Shown one piece after another: positions 1 through 11,500 of a DNA stretch of 64,000 nucleotides. Source of the DNA: Acidimicrobiia bacterium (lineage in GTDB: Bacteria > Actinomycetota > Acidimicrobiia > Spongiisociales > ZC4RG35). Positions within the stretch are counted from its first letter, which is position 1. The number at the start of each line of letters is the position of its first letter. The stretch is taken from NCBI GenBank assembly GCA_965215185.1, contig OZ244034.1, positions 896,001-960,000 of the forward strand, in the 5' to 3' direction. The translations under genes were made by a program, and so were the position numbers. The notes beneath the pieces are model-generated. The model saw only the letters and a list, made by a program, of their open reading frames with translations, was not told where the DNA came from and did no database searches.

Positions 1-985
1 CGTGTGGCACACAGCCCACGTTGTTTTCTTTGCAGAGTTTGCTCATGGTGGCGTTGCTGATTGGCCGTCCGGTAGGCGAGGGAAAAATCAGACCATTCCC
101 GCCGGATAGTTGGTGTGCTGTGTCGAGAACGGCCAATGCTCCGCTGTTCAAAGGTACCCGGTGTACTTGCTGTGTTTTGGTGTGCTCGGCAGGGATGGTC
201 CAGGTTGCGGTGGTGAGGTCAATTTCTGTCCATGTGGCGTGTCTGACTTCGCCGCTTCTGGTGGCGGTAAGGGTCAGGAATTTGAAAGCGGCGATCGTTG
301 CCCAATGTGCATCGGTTGTTTCGACGGTTCGGATGGCTGCGCCGACCTTGTTGTGGGGTAGGGCTTTCATGTGTTGGGGTCGTTGGGTGTTGGAGCCCAG
401 GGCGGCGGTGATACGGTCGTCGGCTGGGTTGTTCTCTCGGAACCCTTGAGCGATGGATCATTTCATGACCGCGGCTATCCGTTGTTTGACACGGCGGGCC
501 GTCTCGGGTGTTGTGTGCCATATTGGGGTGAGACAGGCCATGACATTGGCGGTCGTGATTTGGTCCACCCGCTTTTTCCCAAGGTGAGGATAGGCGTAGG
601 TGTGGAGGGTTGACCGCCAGTGCTCTTCGGACCTGCCACCCGGTTTCCATTTGGTGGCGTGAAGCCGGATTACCTGTTCGGTCGCCTGGCGAAAGGTTGG
701 TGCCTTGCGGGGGCGGGGGTTGCGGCCTTCTGCGATGGCTTGTCGGTTCCGGAGAGCCCGCCGGCGGGCTTCGGCGAGTGTGACTGCTGGGTAGCTACCC
801 AGCCCCAGGTTGGTGTATCTTCCGTTGATCTGGTTTCGTTGCGCCCAGGTTTTGGAGAGTCGCCCCTGGATTTTGGTTGGTTTGACTAACAGGCTCAGTC
901 CATGGCCTCCTCGGCCGTCGCCATAGCGTCCGGGTTGGTGCACTGTTCTAACGAAAGATGCTGTGAGTGTTGGTGGTCGTCTCAC
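1..985 (-). pseudogene. P4-like tyrosine integrase (arm-binding domain) with a premature stop; runs off the left edge
   Basis: ORF 458..985 (GRYGDGRGGHGLSL...LGLGSYPAVTLAEAR) aligns with the intact integrase at 24789-25967. It reads K-TGA-SIAQGFR where the intact copy has K-W-TIAQGFR, and the frame continues through ATRSGE to CVPH at the window edge. Confidence 0.9.
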
Positions 986-1160
986 CCCTGCTTCTCCCTT
1001 TCGGCTAACCCAGAGAAGGTCCGGTACCGCCGACTATTCCTAGTGTGGATTACTTCAATAGTTATCAACATTGCAATGCGATTAGGTGCAACCCCATGGG
1101 ACTGTCTGGAACTACCTGGGACACCAATACCCCGGTGACCTGGGCAAATATGAACCACAT

Positions 1161-1213
1161 GGGACACTATGCGCCTATATAGGACGGGAAACCCGCGGAG
1201 GTCACCTCCATCG
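1161..1213 (+). repeat. att-like end sequence, copy 1 (ends GTCACCTCCA)
   Basis: 45/53 identical to 20118-20170. The core GA(C/G)GTCA(C/T)CTCCA also occurs at 26196-26209. It lies ~200 bp upstream of the integrase start. Confidence 0.7.
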
Positions 1214-1221
1214 CACCCAGG

Positions 1222-1329
1222 AGAGAACCTAACCAGGGTGAACCTGCGTTGCTCAGCCCAAGAGGACTCTCCTGGGCACTCTAAGACGAGCAAGATCCGT
1301 GTGACAGATACTCTGGGAATATCTGTCGT
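1222..1329 (-). repeat. Inverted, diverged copy of the shared leader at 15977/30221, ending in dyad site 1 (1301-1329)
   Basis: aacctgcgttgctcagccca...ctctaagac...ccgtgtga aligns to the reverse complement of ~16000-16090. Dyad site: GTGACAGATAC-TCTGGGA-ATATCTGTCGT. Confidence 0.7.
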
Positions 1330-1414
1330 GCCAGGTGGCCCATTCCATCACAACTGTCTCCTACAGCGCTGGCGCGCTGGCCGAGGACTGTGAGACCGTA
1401 TCGTCGTTTCCAGC

Positions 1415-1676
1415 CGGCATCGTCTCTACCGAGGCGGGCATCGACAAGCCAAAGCGGCGCTGTACCGAGTAGCCATAGTACGAATGCGATTCCACCAACC
1501 CACCATCGACTATGTCGCTTGCCGCACTGCCGAGGGCCTCTCCCAAGAGGACATCATTCGCTGCCTGAATCGGTTCCTCGCCCGCGACGTCTACCAACGC
1601 GTCATGGCGGACCACCGAACCCAACAACGGACCACCCCCACCCCCTGAACCCAATATTTGACTTTAGGGGCGTCAA
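1415..1676 (+). mobile_element. IS110-family transposase C-terminal remnant and right end
   Basis: Translates RHRLYRGGHRQAKAALYRVAIVRMRFHQPTIDYVARRTAEGLSQEDIIRCLNRFLARDVY, followed by ttgac...taggggcgtc, typical of actinobacterial IS110 ends. Confidence 0.8.
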
Positions 1677-1805
1677 CGCCATCATGGAATCGTTTTGGGC
1701 TCGCATGTAGGTCGAATTGTTGGACCGGCAGCGCTGGCGGACCCGTATTGAATTCGCCAACGCTATCTTCGAGTACCTGGAGATCTTCCATAACCGGCAG
1801 CGAGT
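1675..1805 (+). mobile_element. IS3-family transposase OrfB C-terminal fragment
   Basis: NAIMESFWARM*VELLDRQRWRTRIEFANAIFEYLEIFHNRQR, with an internal stop. Confidence 0.8.
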
Positions 1806-1883
1806 AGAAGGCATCCTCGGGAACGTCAGCGAACCTACCGGGCTGCGCGAATGCCCCACCCCATGGCACAACTTCGTAACAGT

Positions 1884-2130
1884 AGAGATCCGCTGTTTCA
1901 TCCGGTGAGCGGTGTCCGGGTTTTTCGTGCCATTGCGGTGCGAGACAGGCCATGACATCCGCGGTGGTGATTAGGTCTACCCGCTTGTTCCCAAACCGGG
2001 GATAAGCGTAGGTCCGAAGGCTTGACCGCTAGTGCTCTTCTGACTTGCCGCCCGGTTTCCACTTGGCGGCGTGAAGTCGGATCACTTTCTTGGTGGCCTG
2101 GCCAAAGGTAGGCGCGTTGCGGGCACGGGA
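1884..2130 (-). pseudogene. Internal fragment of the same P4-like integrase
   Basis: Nucleotide near-match to ~25454-25700 (MACLAPQWHEKP; cccgcttgttcccaaaccggggataagc). Confidence 0.85.
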
Positions 2131-2513
2131 CCCGGTGTTGGTTGCCCTGGTCAGAGGGGATACTAAGGGAAGTGCCGGGTTTTCATATCGCTTTCAGTGT
2201 CTCGTTGTGTTGGGGGCCTATCAGGCCATACCGGGTGGGGTGAGGCACGTTGGGGGCGATTAGTCAGGTCATAGCGGTGGGCATCGAAGCCCTGTTCAAC
2301 TGGGTCCTTCTCGATATGCAACGGGCGGGGACGTGCCCTCCTTTTTCAGGCACCGACAAGATTGCCTTCCACCGCGATCCGCGACGCCGCTGGCATTCAA
2401 AAGATTAAAGTAGTGGGCTTGGCTGTTTGGTGGTAGATTGGGATGCGCGCCGAGTCGGTGGCGTCGTTGTACAACTTGCGGCGTCGATTTGAGATTAGGG
2501 CTGATCTGCCACG

Positions 2514-5500
2514 TTGAGTTACAGAAGGGCAAAGGTGCACAAAGCACGCTGGCGGCATTTCGCGCGCTCTCGCGCTGTGCGTGGTCTAGCCTGTGGATCC
2601 GGGAGCGGGAGCGGGAGCGTCTGGAGGGTGGCGGTTTGGTTGGCAGTGTTTGCTGTCTTGTTGCCGGTGTTTCCTGTCGGTGCGGTGGGTGCGCAGGGCG
2701 CGGTTGATGCGGACGAGACGCGGTCGGGAGCGCAGGATCTGGGTGATGTGACGGAGTGGGACGAGCCTAGAGTCTTCGATAGCGAGGTGGACGGCGCCGA
2801 CGATTCGGTGGACTATTTCAGGTTTTCGTTGAGCGAGCCGAGGCTGGTGGTGCTGCGATTGCGCCGAATGGAGTTCGACGCCGACCTATTTGTGGAGGTC
2901 CCGTCGGGATGGGTGCTGGCATCCAGTCAGGAGAACGGAACCGCGAAAGAGGGGATCAGCGTTGGGCTGGCCGTGGGCGTTTATTTAGTGAGGGTGGAGG
3001 CTCGGGAGCAGGGCAGCAACGCCTATCGGCTAAAGGTGGCCGCCAAGGTCGCGCCGGAGGGGACGGTGTTTCATGGGAATACGGAGGGGGTTTCTGATAA
3101 GGAGTCCGAGGATGGGGAACTGGTCGAGGGGTCGGTCCTGCGCTCCGCGCACGACCCGGACTCGACGCCGTCGGGAGCGACCGATTGGGGGGACGTAACG
3201 GGTTGGTCCTCGCCGCGGACGTTTGATGACTCGGTGGATGGCGGGGACGACGTAGTCGATTATTTCGCGTTCACTTTGGCCGCCACCAAGCGGATCGGGG
3301 CGGGGCTGAGCTTCATGGAACTCAATGCCGACATTTTCCTGGAAAACTCGTCCGGCACGGTGCTGGCGTCGGGCAGGAACCGCGACAACCGCCGGGAGCG
3401 GCTTAACACGGAACTCGGACCGGGCGACTATCTGCTTCGAGTGCAAGCGCAGCAGGGCGGTCTCAACACGTATGAGATCTTCTTGCAGACCGCCAAACCC
3501 GACAGTGTCACTGCGGGATTCGACACCTCTGCGGTGGTCAGGGTGGGCGCCTGCTTCGAGGGAGCCGACGGCGCGAACATTGTACCGTCGTGGAACATCG
3601 ACTGGGTGAGGGTCGAGCTCACCGCGGGCGAGGTCTATGTATTGGAGGTGCGGGGCCGCGACTCTGGATCGGGCGCTCTAGTCGACCCTGAGTTGAAAGC
3701 GGTGTATGTGGATCCGGACGGGGCGGTGTTCGACACGTACGACCAAGCCGGCCGGAGTTCCTCCGATGGACTGATCCTTGACAACGGCTTGTCATCCGAG
3801 GACCTGGACGAAGACGGATCACCCGACATATTGGACATGTACCCGAACCTTCCCGGTCCAGTGGGGTCGCCCGATCCGTTCGGGGAGAAACCGGTTCTGT
3901 CGTTTACCGAAGCATATGACCTTGACGACGGTCTTGGCCAGGATGCGTGGCTGCTGTTCCGCGCCGAGAAGACCGGATCGCACTATCTCGTGGTCGAGTC
4001 CCAGGGCGGATTCCAGGGCACCTACACGGTTGCCGCGGCCGAAGCAGCCGACGCGCCGGCGGTGTGCGGGAATGAGCCGCCGAGGCTGGAGAGCCCGGCT
4101 GCAGGAGCAACAGTGGTTGAGAACACGCGGCCGGTGTGGTTGTTGAGGGTGGTCGACGGCGACGCTCAGGACGCTGTTGTTGATGTGCGTCTGGCGGGTT
4201 CGTCCCCGGCGGGGTTCTTTGAGGTGTCTGGCAGCCTGGCGAGCGGCGATCTGCGACTGGTGACGACTGCTGCGCTTGACCATGAGGTCGGCGGCGCCAA
4301 CTCCGGCGTCTACGAAGCCGAGTTGGTGATGATCAGCGGGGTCGGCGACCGAGAGCGCACTGCGAGACAGCGGTGGACGGTCATCGCGGGAGATGTTGAC
4401 GAGCCACCGACCTCGGTGCAAGGTCTGCGCGCCGCAGCCATGTCGCACAGCACCGCGACGCTGCAATGGGGCGCTTCGTCGTGCGACTCGGCGACCACTT
4501 GCCCGTCGATCGGCTATGAGATCTATCGGCTCGACGGGACAGAGTGGATTCTCCTTGACCGTGTTGAGGCGCTGTCTTATACCGCTGCGGGTCTCGAACC
4601 AGAGTCCACCTACCAGTTCCGGGTCGACGCGAACAACGACGAAGGCACCGCTGCTGGTTCTGTGCTTAGTGTTACTACTGACGAGCCGCCGCCGGACTGC
4701 GCGGGTGACATCACCACAGCGTGCACCGTGGCGGTGGACGCCACGGCGTCGGAATCGGTCAGCGAGGCCGGCGACGCCGACTGGTACGCGGTCACGCTGG
4801 GGGTGGCGCGCTTGTATCGGTTCGAGGTGTCTGGCAGGGGCAGCGATGCGCTAGGGGACCCGTTTGTGAAGCTCTATGACGACACCGGCGCCGCGGTGGC
4901 TGCGGGCGGCGTTGTCGTGGAGGACGCGGAAACCACCGGCGACGGCACCGCGGAGGTTGATTTCCGGTCGGGTTTGACGGGCGAGTACTTCTTGGAGGCG
5001 GCCGCTTCTGATGGGGTCGGCACCGGCTACTACACGCTCTCGGTGGTCGATCTGACGCCGGCCTCGATGTCTGAGGGCGTCAACGATCTCCCCGAGTCGC
5101 CTTTCACGCCTGGACGGGTCGAACCTGACGGTGGGGAGGTGACTGGCGGAGTGGGCACGGTCGGCGATGTGGACTGGTTCGCGGTCGATCTGGGGTCGGG
5201 CCGCACCTATCGGGTTAGCGTGGTAGGCGGGACCGGCACCGGGGAGCTGGCTGATCCGGCGTTCAAACTTCTCGATGATGCTGGTGCGGAGCTGTCGCCT
5301 GCGGTGGGCGACACCGACGACGACGATGATGGCACGGCCGTCACCGAGTTCACTCCCGCGGTGGCGGGCACGTATTTCGTTGCGGTGTTAGAGGACGGCG
5401 ATGACGGCACTGGTGCGTACACGGTGCTGGTGCAGGAGTTGGACTGCGCGGGGGATGCCACCACGGGCTGTGTTGTGGAGGTGGGCGGTTCCAAGGTCGG

Positions 5501-8500
5501 CGGGATCGGCGATGCGGGGGATGTGGATTGGTATCGGGTCGCTGTGGGGGCGGGCACTGATTATGAGATCAGTGTTGTGGGCGGGTCCGGCGTGGGGGTT
5601 CTGGCCGATCCGGTTGTGAGGGTCTATGACGCCACGGGTGTCACGGTGGTCGTGCAGGACAGCGACGCCGACGATGACGGCACTGCCAGCGTCGCTGTCG
5701 CGCCCACCGAGGCTGGCACCTATTTCGTTGCGGTGTTAGAGGACGGCGATGACGCCACTGGTGCTTACACGGTGATGGTGGCCGTCATCAACAGCCCGCC
5801 GAAGTTTCTCGATCCGTACGCGACGGTCTTGCCGCTCGGGGAGCGGTTGGATGTGTCCTTGATGGAGAACACCGAACTTGTGCTGGATATTGACGTTTTC
5901 GACGCTGATGAGGCTGACTCGGTGTCGGGGTACAGCATCGTCGGCGGCGCTGATGAGAGCTTGTTCGAGATTGATGCCGGCAACGACGATGCGTTGACGA
6001 TGACGGTCGTCGCGGATTTCGAGATGCCCGTGGACAGCGGCACGGACAACGTCTATGAGGTGGAGTTGCAGGCCACCAGCGGCGCGGGTGCCCGGCAGAA
6101 GACCGCGATGGTGCTGGTGGCGGTGACCGTGACCGACGACGATTCCGAGGCTCCGGGAAAGTCCATGCCGCAGGTGATTGACGAGAGGTTCGACAGCGTG
6201 TCCGTCAGGTGGACCACGCCGCAGACGACGGGCCCTCCCATTACCGGCTATCAGATCCTGCGCCGTCTGCTGCCCAATGGTGAGTGGTCGAATTTGCCTG
6301 AGGTGGCTCCGTCGGTCCTTGAGGGTGTCGTCGACGGTCTGGACTCCGGCGCCGCTTATGAGATTGCGGTGGAGGCTCAAAGTGATGAGGGCGAGAGCTT
6401 GTCGGACTCGGTGATTGCCTACACCGATGAGTGTGCTGCTTCGGCGGTCGGGTCGTGCCCGCTCGCCGTCGGTAGCCCGGTCACGGCGCGCATCAACATC
6501 TTCAACGCCGGCGTTGACGCGGACTGGTTCGTGGTCGAGCTTGAAGCGACCACGCCCTATCGCATCGAGGTCAAGGGCAGCGAGCCTGCTGACCCTGGCG
6601 GCACCGTGAGTGATCCTGCCACTCTTTCTGATCCGGCTTTGAGGGTGTTCGACGCGGGTGGTGTCGCAGTGGCTGATGCGTTCGACGCTGACGGCGGCGA
6701 GGGCCAGAACTCTGTGCTGGCGTTCACCGCCCCGCAGACCGGCACCTATTACGTCGAGGTACGCGAAGACGGCGACGACGCCACGGGCAGTTACACCGTT
6801 GCGGTCAGCACTGACGATACGTGCGGGGCCAGCACCGCGACAGCGTGCACGGTCGCGGTTGACGGGACCGCGGCGGGTACCGCCGAGTCCGGCAGCGACG
6901 TGGACTGGTACTCGGTCGGCCTTGACCCCGACGTCGCCTATGTGTTGTATGTCGTTTCGCGCAGCGAGAACTCTGACGGCTTGGCTGATCCGTTGCTGGT
7001 GGGCGTGTTCGACGCGGCGGGGGTGCTGATTGGCGGCACTGCTGATTCTGACTCTGGCGCGGGGCAGGACAGCTACAAGCTGTTCGCCCCCGACACCGCG
7101 GCGACTTACTACGTGGCGGTCGGGTCCGACAGCGGCCGGGGAGGTGACTTCACCTTGTTCGTGTCGCGCCAGAGGCCGCAGAACTCTGTGCGGGAACCCA
7201 CCGGCGGCGATCTGGCGTCCCATGCCGGCACGACCGGTCACATATTGGTCGCCGGACAGTCCACCGGCGAGTTCTCCGACGAATCCGATCGCGACATGTT
7301 CGGGGTGTGGCTGGAGGCGGGGCGGGTGTATCGGATCGGGGCGAGTGGTGCGTGCAGCGACGACGCGGCACTTGTGGGCGGTACCTCCACAGGCCTGGGG
7401 ATCTCGTTGGTGGATCATCAGCTGGATGCGTCCCACGGCTCAGCAGCGGTCCATCTCGGCGCCGGCGTCGGCGCGGAGTTCATCGCCTCTGCGTCGGGTG
7501 CGTGCCCGCGCCCGACCATGGACGTCCAGGTGCTCGAATCGCTGTTCGCTTATGTGCTGGCAGCCGATGACGGCGTGGCGGGAGCCGGGACCTACACGGT
7601 GTCGGTGTCTGATGTGTCAGCGGAGGTGACGGTGCCCGACACGGCGGGTCGGGATGCTGCTGGGTCCACGTCGACGTCGGGCCGGGCCAGGGTGGGCGTC
7701 GCGGTCACCGGCGTGATCGATCCCAGCGGCGACGTGGACTGGTTCGCGATCGAGTTGGAGGCGGGCACCGCGTACCGCATCGATGTGCGCGGCGACAGCG
7801 TCACCGACAACGGCGGCACGCTGGGGGACCCGTACGTGAGCCTGCTCGACAGCGCCGGCGGTCCGCTGTCGCCTGCGGTGTTTGACAACGACTCCGGCGC
7901 TGACAACAACGCCCGCATCCTGTCGTACACGCCCACGGTGTCGGGCACGTTTTACATCGAGGTGAAAGACAACGCCGGCGGCACCGGCACCTACACTGTG
8001 GCGGTTGGCGTGGGCGACGCCTGCGCGGCGTCGGTGTCCACCGCTTGCACGGTGGAGGCGGACAGCGCTGCGGAGGGCACGATCGGCGAGGCCAGCGATG
8101 TGGACTGGTTCAAGGCGACCGCCCTGGCAGCCGATGTGCCCTACACGCTGTATGTGGCGCCTCGGGGCGCCGCAGTCGACGATCTGGAGGATCCGAAGCT
8201 CGAGGGTGTTTACGATTCGACCGGGGTGCAGATCGCGGGTACCACCGATTCCGACTCCGGCGCCGGGCAGGACAGCTATGTGGTGTTCACACCCGATGCC
8301 GCGGACACGTTCTATGTGGCGGTGGGCCGCGACAGCGGAGTTCCGGGCGATTTCAGCGTGTTCGTAGCCCGCCGCGAGCCCGCCGCGACAGTCTCTGAGG
8401 ACCATGGCAGCGACGTGCACGGCGGCGCGGGCACATGGGCGCACCTGCTCGTCGGCGACACAGCCACCGGCGACCTCTCCCATGTCGGCGACGCGGACGC

Positions 8501-11500
8501 TGTGGGGGTGCGGCTGGCGGCCGGGCGGGTGTACCGCCTCGAAGCGAGGGGCGCATGCCCGCAGCAACCCAACCTCAGCGGCGGCACCCTGGCGAACCCG
8601 AGCCTGACCCTCAACGATGCCGCGGGCAGCACCGACCACAGCCAACTTGCCGCAGTCGACCCAGCCCAAGGGTTCTCCGGTGAGGGCTCCGCGGCGACGT
8701 GCACTCCCGCCAGCGTCGACGTGCAGGCACTGGACACAGTGCTGGTATACGCCCAGATCACCACTGCTGATGCTGTCGCCCCGACAGGGACCTGGACGCT
8801 GTCGATGACCGACATCTCCGCGCACGCCACCATCGCTGAACCCTCCGACGGCGACGCCACCGCCGACACCGACACCGCGGGCCGGGTGGCGGTGGGCGCA
8901 TCGGTCACCGGCACGATCGATCCCGACGGCGACGAGGACTGGTACGCGGTGGAACTGGAGGCAGGCGCCGCATACCGCATCGACGTGCGCGGCGACAGCG
9001 CCACCAACAACGGCGGCACGCTGGCGGACCCGCACGTGAGCCTCCTCGACAGCGCCGGGGCCTACCTGTCACCCGCGGTGAGCGACGACAACTCCGGAGT
9101 CAACAACAACGCTCGCATAGGGTCATTCACGCCGACTGTCACCGGCACGTTCTACATCGTGGTGTCCGATCCCGACGGAACCGGCACCGGCACCTACACG
9201 ATGTCGGTGACCCCCGGCGCCGATTGCCCCACCGACATCGCGACGACCTGCGAAACCGCCATCGACGAGGCCGTGGACGGCGTCGTCCACGCCAACGACG
9301 ACCAGGACTGGTTCAAAGCGACGCTGGCACAAGACACCGCCTACACGTTGTATGTGACGCCACGCGGTTCGAGTGCCGCAGACCTCGAGGACCCCGAGCT
9401 GGTCGGGGTGTATGACTCCTCCGGCGACCTGATCGCTGACACCACCGACGCCGACTCTGGTCTCGGCGCCCACAGCTACACCGTGTTCACCCCCGACGCG
9501 GCCGGTGTGTACTACGCGGCGGTGGGCCGCGACACCGGAGGGGTGGGCGGCTTCACCCTGTGGATGGCGCGCCAGCGGCCCGGCGCCACCGTGGCAGAGC
9601 CCACCGGCGGCGACCTAGCGCCCCACGCGGGCACCATCGGCCATCTGTTGGCCGCAGGCCAGGCGACCGGCACGATCGCCGACGATCGCGACGAAGACCT
9701 CTACGGGATGTGGCTCGAAGCCGGCCGCGCCTACCGGATAGCGGCCCAGGGCGCGTGCACCACAGACGGCCCGCTCCACGGCGGCACCCTCACCGGCTAC
9801 GGGCTGTCGCTCGAGAACGCCGCCGGCGCCACGACCCACATCGGCACCGCCCAACGGATCATCGTCTCCTCGACCGGCGCCGGCACCACCGAACTCTTGG
9901 GCGTCTTCCCCTCCGGCATCGCGTTCACCGCCTCAGTCTTCAACGAGTGCGAGACCGCCAGCCTCGACGTGGAGATGCAGCAGTCAGCGCCGCTTTATCT
10001 GCGGGTCGCCCCGCTCCCAGGGGAGTCAGGCACCTACACTGTGTCGCTGGAGGACATCACCGCGCAGCTGACGGTTTCTGAGCCTGTCGGGCAGGACTTT
10101 CCCGCCGAGACCACGACCGCGGGCCGAGCCGGCATCGGCGGCTCCGCAACCGGAACGATCAGTTCCGCCGGTGACACGGACTGGTTCGCGGTCCACCTCG
10201 AAGCAGGCGGCCGGTATCAGATCGATGTGCTCGGTGACGTCAACCGGGCCTACGGCGGCACCCTCGCAGACCCCGAAGTCACACTGTTCGACATCGACGG
10301 CAACCCGCTGTCACCCGAGGTCAGCAACGACAACTCCGGCTACGTCAACAACGCCCGCATCCGTTCCTACACCGCCACCGGGTCGGGCACCCACTACATC
10401 GTGATCGAGTCCGCCGACGGCTCCGGCACCGGCACCTACACCGTGCAAGTGCACAACCCTCCGCCCATGCGACCATCTGTACCCACCGCGGTCACGGTGC
10501 AAAAGTCCGGCTTTAGGAATCTGGTCGTCTCCTGGGAGCCTCCCGGCGACACCGGCGGCGCCGAGGTTGCCTCCTACCAAGTGGTCTGGGAGTCCACCGT
10601 CGATGGCTATGACGACTTCGAAGACCTGCTCAGGCGAGGCAAGGTGGTCGCCGGCCGCACTTCGACGACCATTTCGGGCCTGCTCGACCGGCTGCCTGCA
10701 TCAGGCACGGCGCCCGAATACCAAGTGAGGGTCCGTGCGCTCAATGCCGCCGGCCACAGCCCCTGGACAGAGCCCGAGACCGAGACGCCCGTGGTGGCCC
10801 CCACCGAAGTGAAGAACCTCAACCTCGAAGTGATGAGCGCCAGCAGCATCAACGTCACCTGGGATCCCCCAGCCGACAACGGCGGACTGGCCATCACCAG
10901 CTATCTGGTCGAATACAAGCCATTCTTCTACACCTGGGCGCAGGCCAACACAGTAACCACCACCGACACGTCCTATCTCATCTCGGGCCGAACCAGCGGC
11001 CGGATCTACGACGTCAGCGTCACGGCGCTAAACGCCGCCGGCGGGACTGACGGGGCCACAAAAGAGACGTTCCTGCCGTCGCTGCCCTACACGCCCACCA
11101 ACCTCACCCTGTACAGCAAACATCAAGGTTTCACCGTCTCCTGGCAGCTAGCCCCCACCGACAGCAGACCGGTCTCCAACAGCGTGCTGCGATGGAGACG
11201 CCTCCCGTCCACCAGCTGGAGAACAAAGACTGTCGACTCCGATTCGCGCCGGGCATACGACTTCAGCGGCTTTGGCAACGGCGCCGACTTCGAGTTCCAG
11301 GTTGTTGCCGAGAACGACGCCGGCCGGAGCTCCTGGACCAACTCTGTTATCGCGGCACCGGTTCACCAGCCGCAGGCACCCCAAAACCTCAGCATCGACG
11401 CTAACCACAAACAGAGCGGCACATCACGCGAATTGCGTGTCACCTGGAGTCATGACCAATCCGATACCGGCTTCACGGTCCGGTGGCGACTCAGCACTTC

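Noticed and set aside
2268-2280. GTCATAGCGG, the reverse complement of the left flank of dyad sites 4 and 5
   Set aside because: Only 10 bp with no dyad next to it; may be chance.
5736-9035. Long antisense ORFs (566 aa, 472 aa; similarly 28234-29682, 31236-32438, 34110-35573, 53517-55154)
   Set aside because: Shadow ORFs opposite well-supported genes in high-GC DNA, with no recognisable motifs.
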